From a virus (taxonomy: Duplodnaviria; Caudoviricetes), in the IMG/VR virus record IMGVR_UViG_3300012662_000009, positions 94,647-158,646 of that record: a stretch of 64,000 nt of DNA; one strand, 5' to 3'. Every line of letters begins with the position of its first letter. The first letter of the stretch is position 1. Below, piece by piece: positions 20,288-29,616 of the stretch. The notes beneath the pieces are model-generated. The model saw only the letters and a list, made by a program, of their open reading frames with translations. It searched no databases and had not been told where the DNA came from. The translations under genes and the position numbers were made by a program.

Positions 20288-21634
20288 TCATTCCAAGCTC
20301 GTCTGTATATCTCTGGACCTTTCAAGACCTAATTCATCTACCAGTGGTTTATAGCAATATATAAACCAATCAAGTTTTATGTAATCTTTATTATTACTAA
20401 GCGTTTCTTCTATGGCTTTTTTGAGGTTATAATATTCAACATCAATGTTTTCTAATATCTTTTTATCCCATTTCTTCATCAGGACATCTAATATAGAAAA
20501 TATTATAAAGTGCTTATGATATTTTTCATCCTTCAATGCACTATCATATTCTTTAGGAACATTTTCAAGGAATTTCTTAAAATACTCTTTATAATTCTCT
20601 ACCTTATCTCTATCTATATCGGATTTGAAAGGTCTTAATTTAAGTGTATCATCAGATCCTCCATAAATATCATAAGGTTCTATATTATGTTTTTTATTAA
20701 ATTCTTTGAGTTTCTCTTTATATTCTGTTTGTGATTCTATATCAAGAATTTCAAGTAATTCATCAAAGTCTTTTTGCTGGTCTGCATCCAAACATTTTTT
20801 AAGAAGTCTTTGATATCTTTTATGAAATAACGGATTAGATTGTAATCTCATTATAACCAATCCTTTATTATTATCGAACTCTGGTAATAATTTATCGCAA
20901 TATTTCTTGAATTGTTCAGGAGTATTTACTATATACATCCAATCCTTAGCATTATCTATATTATCTCTCCAGATTTCATATAAAAACTTTTGGTTTTGCA
21001 AATGTTGCATAGCTACCACACATTTCTTATAACCCATGGCTTTGAAATATGATAAGAACCTACATTTAGATACATATGTATATTTCTCTAATATATCTTC
21101 TTGTTCTAATGTATGATTCCATTCATCATATCTAAAGGGATAATACATACTATATTCAAATGGAACAACACCAAAAGCGGTACCACTACAGTAGTCTGTA
21201 AACGGCCTATATTTATCTAAATATACTCTTTTATAAACATCCATATCGCAATAAGGCTTAGCATTAGAGCATTCAAGGATTGATAAAATATCGTGTTGTC
21301 TCTTATTATTCTCCCTCATATACTTCATCATAGTATAATAATCTTGCGACATAAGTTGCTTCTCAGTTTCTCCTATGAGTGAAGTAAGATCCCAATATTT
21401 TCTTGGAATAAGCTCTCTTTGATCTTGCAAGATCCTCGGGGTCTTGTCTTTTATAGCTTTTATAAGGGCCTTTCTTTTATCGGTACCGTTTAAATTCTTT
21501 ATATTATAATCTTTATCCCATTTAATTGTGACTGAATTATTCCCATATTTATGTTTAGCAATAACATAATATATAGCATCATCAGATATTATATCGCCTC
21601 TTTGCTCAAGTATAAAGTCTTGTAAAGTTTTCAT
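20288..21634 (-). CDS. Protein with DUF5591/ArcS-like domain and capsid-targeting-like N-terminus
   Basis: ILECSNAKPY and GVVPFEYSMYYPFRYD resemble ArcS/DUF5591 CSxxKPY and GxVPxExxxxYP motifs; starts MKTLQDFILE. Confidence 0.55.
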   Translation of the reverse strand: MKTLQDFILEQRGDIISDDAIYYVIAKHKYGNNSVTIKWDKDYNIKNLNGTDKRKALIKAIKDKTPRILQDQRELIPRKYWDLTSLIGETEKQLMSQDYYTMMKYMRENNKRQHDILSILECSNAKPYCDMDVYKRVYLDKYRPFTDYCSGTAFGVVPFEYSMYYPFRYDEWNHTLEQEDILEKYTYVSKCRFLSYFKAMGYKKCVVAMQHLQNQKFLYEIWRDNIDNAKDWMYIVNTPEQFKKYCDKLLPEFDNNKGLVIMRLQSNPLFHKRYQRLLKKCLDADQQKDFDELLEILDIESQTEYKEKLKEFNKKHNIEPYDIYGGSDDTLKLRPFKSDIDRDKVENYKEYFKKFLENVPKEYDSALKDEKYHKHFIIFSILDVLMKKWDKKILENIDVEYYNLKKAIEETLSNNKDYIKLDWFIYCYKPLVDELGLERSRDIQTSLE

Positions 21635-21772
21635 GTATATATAATAAAAATAAGGACCTGATAAATATATGTTTTTATTTATATATAAAGATTTGTAGGG
21701 TGCGCAAAAATCCTTAAAAAATACCTTATAAATATATATTTTAAGAAAACATCACAAAAACAATTTTTATAT

Positions 21773-24169
21773 ATGAAAGTAATAAAACGAGATGGATCAA
21801 AACAAGATTTTTCACCTGATAAGATCAAAGCAGTTATCACAAAAGCTTTTAATAGTGTTCAGCAAGAGGTACCCGATAAATTTTTAGAACAACTTATGGG
21901 TTCTTTTGATAAGATCAAGAAAGACGAAATAGATGTAGAGGATATTCAGGATATTATTCAAAATGAACTTATTAAGCGTAATAAATATGAAGTTGTAGAA
22001 TCTTTTATATTATATAGGAACAAACGAGCTGAGATCCGAGAGCAGAAATCTGACCTTATAAAAAATATTAAGAACAAACTTCAAGGATCTAATATAGAAA
22101 ATCAAAATGCGAATGTTGATGAAGAATCCTTTGGTGGTCGTATAGGAGAAGCTGCTCGTATAGTTTCTAAGAATGATGCATTAAAGTATAGAATGTCCAA
22201 AAAATCTCGTAAAAATCATGAAAATAATGAGATATATATCCATGATCTCGATTCATATACTGCTGGAATGCATAACTGTCTTTCGGTACCCATAGACAAA
22301 CTTCTTAAAGACGGCTTTCAAACACAACAGACGGATGTCCGTGGAAGCGGCTCTATAAGCACTGCTATGCAACTTGTAGCGGTCCTCTTTCAATTACAAT
22401 CACTGCAACAATTCGGAGGAGTCTCAGCAACTCATCTTGATTGGTCTATGGTGCCTTTTGTAAGGAAGTCTTTTTATAAACATTATAAAGATGCATTGAA
22501 GTTTATGGAAAATCTTAAAGGTAATTTTTATGAACTACAAGACAGATCCATAGATGATGAAGCTTATAAAGAACATCCCAAGGCATATGAATATGCGATG
22601 GAAATGACTAAAAGGGAAGTTTATCAAGCGGTTGAAGCATGTTTTCATAACCTGAATACCCTGCAGTCGCGCAGTGGTTGCCAGCTCCCCTTCTCCTCTA
22701 TAAATTACGGTACATGCACTCTCCCCGAAGGTCAATTAGTAATTCGGGCCATTCTTGACAAATCTATTGAAGGCACAGGAAAATATGGCAAGACTTCGAT
22801 ATTCCCCTGTGGAATATTCCAATACAAAAAAGGCATAAATGACCGACCAGGAACTCCTAATTATGATCTTTTCAAATTAGCCTTAAGGTCCACTGCACAG
22901 AGACTTTATCCTAATTATGCCAATTGCGACTGGAGTAATCAAATAGATTGGGTTAAAAAAGACCGTAAAGACAAACAAGAATATATTGACAGTCTTGCGC
23001 AAGAAGATTATTCTAAACTATTAAAAATTATAGAAGAACAACCTGAGATAGGAGAGTTTTTGGATTTAACAATTTGCTCAAAAAACCTTAAAATTATGAG
23101 TAAAATTCACCCATATGAAGACTTTTCCACAATGGGTTGTCGCACAGTCAATGGTTTTGATATAAATTTTCTCGATTGCTATAAAGAAAATGTTCAATGC
23201 GCCTTAGAAGGAACCCCCTTCAAATATCCTGATCTCTGGTCAGCAGCTCAAAAAGATGGTAGAGGTAATATATGTCCTGTAACGATTATTCTCCCGACAC
23301 TTGCCATGGAAGCCAAAGAACTTTCACAAAAAACAGGAGATGATATTATAGAATGTTTTATGGATATCCTTAATAAGAAAATTTACGAGGCTAAGGATAT
23401 GCTCTTAGAACGTTTTGACCATATATCATCACAATCACCCAAAGCAGCTAAGTTTATGTATGATAATGGTACTATGTCAGGATATAATGAGTCTGAGGGA
23501 ATCATTTCTGCGCTTAAACATGGGACGATTGTAATAGGTCAATTAGGTCTTGCAGAGACTTTGTATATTCTTATAGGAAAAGATCATACAACATCTGAAG
23601 GAATGAATCTTGCTAAGAATATTGAACAACTCTTTTTAGACCGCTGTAATGAATTTAAAGAGGAATACCATATGAACTTCGGAGTTTATTATACACCCGC
23701 GGAGAACTTATGTAAGACCGCTATGGATAAATTTAAGAAGAAGTATGGGGAGATCCCTAACGTCTCCGATAAAAAATACTTTACTAATTCAATGCATGTG
23801 CCTGTATGGAAAGAAGTAAATCCTTATCAAAAGATTAATATAGAATCTCAATTAACGGGTTATTCAAATGCTGGATGCATAACTTATGTCGAACTTCCCA
23901 GTACAGCTATAAATAACATTGAAGCCCTTGAAGATATTGTCAAATATGCTATGGATGAAGACATTCCATACTTTGCTTTGAATAGCCCCTGTGACACATG
24001 CCAAGAATGTCATTATCAAGGTGATATCGGGGGTACTTGCCCTAAATGCGGATCAAATGATATCCTAAGACTTAAAAGAGTAACTGGGTATCTTACAACG
24101 GATTATAGAAGATTCAATGAAGGTAAGATAGAAGAAGTTGAGGATCGAGTTAAGCATATTAAAAACTGA
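21773..24169 (+). CDS. nrdD: Anaerobic ribonucleoside-triphosphate reductase with N-terminal ATP cone
   Basis: VIKRDG ATP cone, YIHDLD, HNC, MGCRT, YFTNS, CxxC...CxxC, RVTGYL glycyl-radical loop. Confidence 0.97.
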   Translation: MKVIKRDGSKQDFSPDKIKAVITKAFNSVQQEVPDKFLEQLMGSFDKIKKDEIDVEDIQDIIQNELIKRNKYEVVESFILYRNKRAEIREQKSDLIKNIKNKLQGSNIENQNANVDEESFGGRIGEAARIVSKNDALKYRMSKKSRKNHENNEIYIHDLDSYTAGMHNCLSVPIDKLLKDGFQTQQTDVRGSGSISTAMQLVAVLFQLQSLQQFGGVSATHLDWSMVPFVRKSFYKHYKDALKFMENLKGNFYELQDRSIDDEAYKEHPKAYEYAMEMTKREVYQAVEACFHNLNTLQSRSGCQLPFSSINYGTCTLPEGQLVIRAILDKSIEGTGKYGKTSIFPCGIFQYKKGINDRPGTPNYDLFKLALRSTAQRLYPNYANCDWSNQIDWVKKDRKDKQEYIDSLAQEDYSKLLKIIEEQPEIGEFLDLTICSKNLKIMSKIHPYEDFSTMGCRTVNGFDINFLDCYKENVQCALEGTPFKYPDLWSAAQKDGRGNICPVTIILPTLAMEAKELSQKTGDDIIECFMDILNKKIYEAKDMLLERFDHISSQSPKAAKFMYDNGTMSGYNESEGIISALKHGTIVIGQLGLAETLYILIGKDHTTSEGMNLAKNIEQLFLDRCNEFKEEYHMNFGVYYTPAENLCKTAMDKFKKKYGEIPNVSDKKYFTNSMHVPVWKEVNPYQKINIESQLTGYSNAGCITYVELPSTAINNIEALEDIVKYAMDEDIPYFALNSPCDTCQECHYQGDIGGTCPKCGSNDILRLKRVTGYLTTDYRRFNEGKIEEVEDRVKHIKN

Positions 24170-24206
24170 TAATAATATTTATATATAATCTAAAACATCA
24201 TAGTAC

Positions 24207-24740
24207 ATGAAATATATAAAAATAACATACCCGGATATCAATAATGGTCTTGGATGTAGAGTAACTCTCTGGGTCTCAGGATGTACTCATAAATGCCTTG
24301 GGTGTCATAATCAATGGGCACAAGATTATAATATAGGAAAAGATTTCGATCAGGTTATTAAAAGAGATATCATAGAAATACTTGATAACGAACATGTTAA
24401 AGGCCTTACAATATCTGGAGGAGATCCTTTAGATCAAGATAAGAAATCCCTCAAAGACCTTGAAAATTTTTTGAAAGTACTAAGAATCTTATATAAAGAC
24501 AAAAAAGACATCTGGTTATATACTGGATATGAATTTAAGGATCTTAATAAATCTCAAAAGGAAGTCTTAAAATACTGTGATTATCTTGTTGATGGTCCTT
24601 TTGAGATAGATAAAAAAGATTTAAGTTTGCCTTTCAGGGGTTCTAAAAATCAACGTATTATAGATTTAAAAGATTATTTCAAGAAGAAAAAGAAATTTTT
24701 ATATAAAATTTTCCCTGTAAAACTTAAATTTTTAATGTGA
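24207..24740 (+). CDS. nrdG: Anaerobic RNR activating enzyme
   Basis: SGCTHKCLGCHN, SGGDPL, WLYTGY, FRGSKNQ. Confidence 0.96.
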   Translation: MKYIKITYPDINNGLGCRVTLWVSGCTHKCLGCHNQWAQDYNIGKDFDQVIKRDIIEILDNEHVKGLTISGGDPLDQDKKSLKDLENFLKVLRILYKDKKDIWLYTGYEFKDLNKSQKEVLKYCDYLVDGPFEIDKKDLSLPFRGSKNQRIIDLKDYFKKKKKFLYKIFPVKLKFLM

Positions 24741-24788
24741 GTTTGTTATTTAGATACATAAGAAGTTAAATACAAAAAGAAAAAAGAA

Positions 24789-25484
24789 ATGAAAACAATT
24801 TTCAAAGGAACAGTAAATGGTAAGGAGTTTGATGATGTTAAAGCATATAATGAAGCACTCCTGAAAGCTATAAATAGTGGTGAAGCTGTCAAAGCTACAT
24901 CCAAAACAGAATCTGAGGAAGAAACCGAAGAACCTGATGACTTTAGTTATCTTGATCCTTCTGAGGATATCTATAAAGATGGATTCCTATATGCTGATCG
25001 CCTTGTAAACGGCGACGACGAAGACGATGCATGGGCTTATGCTGACGAACGAGAGCGCTTGCAAATACGCACGGAAGAAATCCTTAATGCCATCGAAGAT
25101 AATCATGAGGATATTGATGTAGCAGCTCTTATAGAGCGCTATAAAGCCGCTGTAGATGATGTCGCGGATGATAGAGATCGTAATCAGGCTACTATCAAGA
25201 GTCTTTGCAAGAAGATTGAAACCGCTAAGGAAGAGATCAAGGACCTCGAGGAGCAATTGAAGATCGCTCAACACGCTGATATAGTCATAGATCTTTATAA
25301 GGAGCATTTCACTGATGTTGTAACATCGTTGGATGAATGGCTTGAAACTTCTATGAAGAATACGGAAGAACCTGAAGAGTGTACTTGTCAGTCTTGTGAT
25401 TGCACTGAATGTAAATCTAAGGAAGATACTAAAGAAGACCTCTATAATAGCATTATGAAACTCATGCGAGAGATCTTTAAGTAA
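24789..25484 (+). CDS. Acidic coiled-coil hypothetical protein with Cys-rich tail
   Basis: CTCQSCDCTEC near C-terminus; promoter motif at 24725-24751. Confidence 0.55.
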   Translation: MKTIFKGTVNGKEFDDVKAYNEALLKAINSGEAVKATSKTESEEETEEPDDFSYLDPSEDIYKDGFLYADRLVNGDDEDDAWAYADERERLQIRTEEILNAIEDNHEDIDVAALIERYKAAVDDVADDRDRNQATIKSLCKKIETAKEEIKDLEEQLKIAQHADIVIDLYKEHFTDVVTSLDEWLETSMKNTEEPEECTCQSCDCTECKSKEDTKEDLYNSIMKLMREIFK

Positions 25485-25545
25485 TTCAAAAATAAGAACT
25501 TATAAAATCCTCGGTAGTAATATCGGGGATTTATTTTTACTCAAT

Positions 25546-25887
25546 ATGAATATAAACGACTATAATATAAAAGCTTATTATAAAATCATATCGACTGCTG
25601 AAACACTTACGTCAGAAGAACATATACAGGCTCTGACCAATATGATTCAGAATTTTATAGATATCAATGAAAGATATTTTAAGGCCCGAAAATGGAGATT
25701 ATATAATATATTAAAGATTCAAAAAGAGAAGTTATCCTATTTATATATAAAAAATGAATTAATAACCCTACAAAATACTATAGTGCAACAATATCAGCAA
25801 TTTATGCAGAATAAAGTAATTAAGTCTTTTGAAGTCATAGGGTTTGGAAAAAGAGAAATAATGGGAAATGAAAATTATGAAGAATAA
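25546..25887 (+). CDS. Hypothetical protein
   Basis: 113-aa ORF. Confidence 0.45.
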   Translation: MNINDYNIKAYYKIISTAETLTSEEHIQALTNMIQNFIDINERYFKARKWRLYNILKIQKEKLSYLYIKNELITLQNTIVQQYQQFMQNKVIKSFEVIGFGKREIMGNENYEE

Positions 25888-26566
25888 CATTATAGCCTTA
25901 ATAATAACTGTTTTAATATTCATATTTAGTATCTCTGGGTGTGTTTATAAGTGTAATAGAGATCAAATAAACATCTTAAAACAAAACCTCAGAGCAGCTC
26001 AAGATACTATAGAAGTGGTTAAATTAAGCAATGGAAATCTTTTATATGAAAAAGCTGCTTATATACTCAATGAAAAAGATCTTCTTAAACAACTTAATAT
26101 GACAAAAGAAGAACTCAAAGAAATCAAGAAAAAAGCCGGGCGGCCTATTTATATAACTGATATTCAAACTATTATTAAATATGACACTATAAATACTACT
26201 AAAGATTCTATTATATATCGAAATGGAGATCTCGATTATACTTTTAAGCACAATGACGAATGGTTAAGTTTCCGCGGCCATACACTTATAAAAGATTCTA
26301 TACCATCCACTCAAATCTTTGATATAACAATACCCACAGCTCTCAAAGTAGGTCTCACTAAAGATTATAATATATTTGTAGAACCAACAAATCCTTATAT
26401 GAGCATCACGAGCATCGAAGGAGCTATTCTTGACAAATCATCTATAATTAAAAAACCTAAGATCACACATGGTCTCACAATAGGCTTGGGTGTACAGTAT
26501 GGGATACTTAACAAACAATTTGACATAGGTCCACAAATATCCTATGGATTACATATCAATTTTTAA
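25868..26566 (+). CDS. Membrane-anchored coiled-coil protein (possible spanin-like lysis protein)
   Basis: N-terminal TM, coiled coil, C-terminal beta-strands ending in F (GLGVQYG...SYGLHINF). Confidence 0.45.
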   Translation: MKIMKNNIIALIITVLIFIFSISGCVYKCNRDQINILKQNLRAAQDTIEVVKLSNGNLLYEKAAYILNEKDLLKQLNMTKEELKEIKKKAGRPIYITDIQTIIKYDTINTTKDSIIYRNGDLDYTFKHNDEWLSFRGHTLIKDSIPSTQIFDITIPTALKVGLTKDYNIFVEPTNPYMSITSIEGAILDKSSIIKKPKITHGLTIGLGVQYGILNKQFDIGPQISYGLHINF

Positions 26567-26644
26567 AAAGAAACATGGATAGATCACTAAAGATTCATCC
26601 ATGTTTTGTTATATAGATACATTAATAACTAACTTATAAATACA

Positions 26645-27208
26645 ATGGAAGATAAAATACCCAAAAAAGCATCTTCATATGTCATTAATATAGTTCAAAA
26701 GATCAATCCACAAGCAACTAAACTAACCACTTGGGATCAGGCTTGGGATATAATATCTGAATGGGCTTCTTTAGACGGAGAACTTATCTCTAACGACAAT
26801 AGGAGGTCTACAGACACCACTTTTGAACTCTCTAAAGGTGATAAAATCCTTAAAGTCTTTATATGGCCCACAGCAGAAGTCTTTGAAGCCGGTGATTGGG
26901 ACTGGACAAAGATCTTTAAGGAAGTTCTTGAATATATCCTTAAAGAAAAAATCATCAAAATCCCTCGCAGGAAAAGATCTGATACTGGAGAAGCTCGTAA
27001 ACAGCCTGTACAACGCACAAAAAACGCTCAAATTTCGCAATCTAAGCAAGATATGCAGAAATCCTCATCCGAGACCTTAGAAGAGCTTAAAAAGCGAAAA
27101 ATGAACTTATATCACAAAATATATAATCTACAGCTTAAACATAAGGATGCAAAAGAATATATAATACAATATAATATCATCACAGAGCAAATAAAGAATT
27201 TGAAATGA
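26645..27208 (+). CDS. Hypothetical protein
   Basis: 187-aa ORF after promoter motif at 26588-26614. Confidence 0.5.
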   Translation: MEDKIPKKASSYVINIVQKINPQATKLTTWDQAWDIISEWASLDGELISNDNRRSTDTTFELSKGDKILKVFIWPTAEVFEAGDWDWTKIFKEVLEYILKEKIIKIPRRKRSDTGEARKQPVQRTKNAQISQSKQDMQKSSSETLEELKKRKMNLYHKIYNLQLKHKDAKEYIIQYNIITEQIKNLK

Positions 27209-27387
27209 AAATTTATGTAATCGAACGGTCACCTATTATGATCAATGGTAATCTCAACATCAACCCCAAATATGAACCTACAGAATTTGAATATGATGAA
27301 ATATATAAAGCTGTAGATAAACTTCATCAATTGTACAATGACTTTCCAGATTATTATTATATAGTTAAAGAAGTCCTTAAAGAATGA
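27205..27387 (+). CDS. Small hypothetical protein
   Basis: ATGA-coupled to both neighbours. Confidence 0.45.
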   Translation: MKIYVIERSPIMINGNLNINPKYEPTEFEYDEIYKAVDKLHQLYNDFPDYYYIVKEVLKE

Positions 27388-27605
27388 TTTTACAATTGCC
27401 TTCAAAAAAAGTAATAGAAACTGACGGGATCTCACAAGTAGATTCTGTCAGTTTTCATAATGATAATGTATCAAGATCTTGGGCTGAGTATGATGTAATA
27501 TATAGCGATGGTTGTATAGTGCCTTTATATTATGATACCGAATCTTCTGCTAATCATGATAAGATTTTTTTAGAAGATTTTTTGAAAAAGAATAAAGAAT
27601 CTTAA
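27384..27605 (+). CDS. Small hypothetical protein
   Basis: ATGA-coupled to the upstream ORF. Confidence 0.45.
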   Translation: MILQLPSKKVIETDGISQVDSVSFHNDNVSRSWAEYDVIYSDGCIVPLYYDTESSANHDKIFLEDFLKKNKES

Positions 27606-27641
27606 AAGGAGCCTATATTATATACAAAAAAAAGATACATC

Positions 27642-27941
27642 ATGAGAAAGACTGAAGTTCGTGAAAAGACATTGCAATGTATTAATAGTATGTTTAAGGA
27701 TTCTCAAATAGAAAATGAAACGAGATTTATAGAGGATCTTAATATGTCTTTGAAAGATATGATAGTACTTGGTGATTCCTTGGAAGAATCACTGGAGATA
27801 AAGCTTTCTTGTGATGACCTTAAAGAAATGCTTGAGGGTTCTGTAGAGGATATGGTTGATTTTATATATGATTTTTTAAAGCCTTTTACATTGCTGAATG
27901 AAAAGCGTGGTTATAGTTATCTTAAGAATATCAAAGAATGA
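27642..27941 (+). CDS. Acyl-carrier-protein-like protein with degenerate DSL motif
   Basis: ETRFIEDLNMSLKDMIVLGDSLEESLEIKLS...SVEDMVDFI follows the ACP helix pattern. Confidence 0.55.
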   Translation: MRKTEVREKTLQCINSMFKDSQIENETRFIEDLNMSLKDMIVLGDSLEESLEIKLSCDDLKEMLEGSVEDMVDFIYDFLKPFTLLNEKRGYSYLKNIKE

Positions 27942-28411
27942 TATTAGCAGCTCTTATATTATTCCTTATATATAATCTTTATTATATCTTTTCTAAAGGC
28001 ATTCCAGAAAATCTTAGCTCGACTTATTATGACCTTGGATGGTTCTTCCCTGTTACTATAGGGATCTGCGGGGTTCTTACTATGATCACTTGGCTGGGTG
28101 CCTTAGAAGGTTCTCTTTGGCAATTTACAGGTTTTTTATGTCCTACTGCAATATTCTTTATGTGCGCTGCACCAGATTTTAAGAAATTTGGATTGATATA
28201 TAAAGTACATTCCATGGGTTCTTATATAGGAGCGCTTATAGCAATTCTTTCTATAATCTTTATATTTAATTCTTGGCAAGTACTTTTATTAGTATTATTG
28301 GGGATAATTTTAATGGTACTGGGCTCGAAGACTTGGAAGAGGTGTTATATATATTGGATAGAACTCTGGATTTTCTTTTCGATTTTTGTTGTGCTCCTGT
28401 TAAAGATTTGA
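27938..28411 (+). CDS. Integral membrane protein
   Basis: About five hydrophobic segments; GIPENLSSTYY. Confidence 0.6.
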   Translation: MILAALILFLIYNLYYIFSKGIPENLSSTYYDLGWFFPVTIGICGVLTMITWLGALEGSLWQFTGFLCPTAIFFMCAAPDFKKFGLIYKVHSMGSYIGALIAILSIIFIFNSWQVLLLVLLGIILMVLGSKTWKRCYIYWIELWIFFSIFVVLLLKI

Positions 28412-28461
28412 TGATGATTTATTATATATAAATGTAAGAGAGATTGATGAATCTTAACTAA

Positions 28462-28536
28462 GGTCCTTTAGCTCAGTTGGTTGAGAGCAGTAGACTCATA
28501 ATCTAAAGGTCGTAGGTTCAAGCCCTACAAGGACCA
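28462..28536 (+). tRNA. tRNA with CAT anticodon, most likely tRNA-Ile2 (lysidine) rather than initiator Met
   Basis: Full cloverleaf GGTCCTT/AAGGACC, loop CT-CAT-AA; paired G1-C72, no three consecutive G-C pairs in the anticodon stem; CCA not encoded. Confidence 0.85.
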
Positions 28537-28602
28537 CTTAAAGAGTTCTTTGACATTGTTGTTGAAAAGCCACCATGATGGAATGGTAGACATGGCAGAC
28601 TT

Positions 28603-29263
28603 TGTTCAAAAATCAAACTATGGTATATGAAAACTATAAAGTATACGGGCCTTATTTAAATAAAAAAGATAATAGATTGAGATGTAATTTAGTCTTTAAA
28701 AATAAGATGAAAATAATTTCTTATCCAAAATATTTAATGGAGGTTTATTTAGATAGATATCTGGATAAAGATGAAACTGTAGATCATATTGATGGAAATC
28801 CTTTAAATAATGATATAAATAATTTACGCATTCTTAAAAGAAAAATTCATTGTTATAATGATGCTTATCGTAACAAAGATTTAAAAGTAAAATGTAGAAT
28901 GTGTAGGAAAGAATTTATTGTGAAGGGATCCAGATTAAATGATAGAAACAGACATAATTCTGGTTATTTTTGTTCTAAACAATGCACAGGAAAATATGGT
29001 GCATTAATTCAGAATGGAGAAATAAAAAAAGAATATAAGCCAAAAATAACCTCAGATAAATATCAGGTCAGGAGTGCACCCGAAGAAATTCGAGATGTAG
29101 AAGCGGGCTAATTCGGTGAATGACATAGGCCTTATAAATTATGTAGAACGCCGAGCTAAGTTGAATATGAATTATTCATAAATGTGTAGAGACTATATAC
29201 CCGCCTCCTAAGTTCTATATGAATATGGAGAAGACATAGTCCAAGTGCTTGAAAAAGCATATG
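28603..29263 (+). mobile_element. Group I self-splicing intron with homing endonuclease ORF
   Basis: 5' exon ends in U, intron ends in G; P (aattcggtgaa), Q (aacgccgagc), R (agagacta), S (aagacatagtcc); P3 gcggg/cccgc. Confidence 0.9.
28620..29111 (+). CDS. Intron-encoded HNH homing endonuclease with C-terminal zinc finger
   Basis: ETVDHIDGNPLNNDINNL...H; CRMC...FCSKQC; ATG at 28620. Confidence 0.88.
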   Translation: MVYENYKVYGPYLNKKDNRLRCNLVFKNKMKIISYPKYLMEVYLDRYLDKDETVDHIDGNPLNNDINNLRILKRKIHCYNDAYRNKDLKVKCRMCRKEFIVKGSRLNDRNRHNSGYFCSKQCTGKYGALIQNGEIKKEYKPKITSDKYQVRSAPEEIRDVEAG

Positions 29264-29324
29264 AAAATCTGCTGAGCAGGAATGCTCGTGTGAGTTCGAC
29301 TCTCACTGGTGGTACTATAAAATA

Positions 29325-29502
29325 GGTTATATAGTTTAATGGAAACAGAATAGACTTTGATAAAAGAGAAAAGCAATTCTAATGCTGTTAGAAATTATAA
29401 GTTTCTCCATTAGATAACCTTTTCGCAAAGATAATTCTGAAATGCTCCTGATTTATCAAACTTTTAGCAGGAGAAATACAAGTTTAAATCTTGTTATAAT
29501 CA
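29325..29502 (+). ncRNA. tRNA-like RNA with large D-loop insertion and expanded anticodon loop
   Basis: Acceptor GGTTATA/TATAATC+A, D stem GTTT/AAAT, stem CTCCTG/CAGGAG, T arm ACAAG-TTTAAAT-CTTGT. Confidence 0.6.
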
Positions 29503-29511
29503 CAAAATAAA

Positions 29512-29613
29512 GACCACAGGTGCGCAACTGGATGGTCAACGTAACTCAATAACACTTTAGGCTGTTATTTCTTAATCGTAGGTAAGAGTATGGTGGTAAC
29601 GAGCAGTTCCACT
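29512..29613 (+). ncRNA. Unidentified structured RNA motif, copy 1
   Basis: Hairpin-AACGTAA-ctcaata-hairpin-TCTT AATCGTAGGT AAGA-GTAT-hairpin; homologous layout at 29872-30014. Confidence 0.6.
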
Positions 29614-29616
29614 GAT

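Larger units (their letters stand above)
28569..29314 (+). tRNA. tRNA-Leu(UAA) interrupted by a group I intron (exons 28569-28602 and 29264-29314)
   Basis: Joined exons give GCCACCA/TGGTGGT acceptor, GCAGA-CT-T^AA-AA-TCTGC anticodon arm, long variable arm and GTGAG-TTCGACT-CTCAC T arm. Confidence 0.9.

Noticed and set aside
21773-24169. Intein in NrdD (also checked TerL and UvsW)
   Set aside because: No C/S...HN-C/S/T splice junctions or LAGLIDADG blocks seen; protein lengths are near normal.
29325-29502. tmRNA
   Set aside because: Only 178 nt, no G3-U70 pair, a D stem is present and there is no convincing tag frame ending in Ala-Ala.
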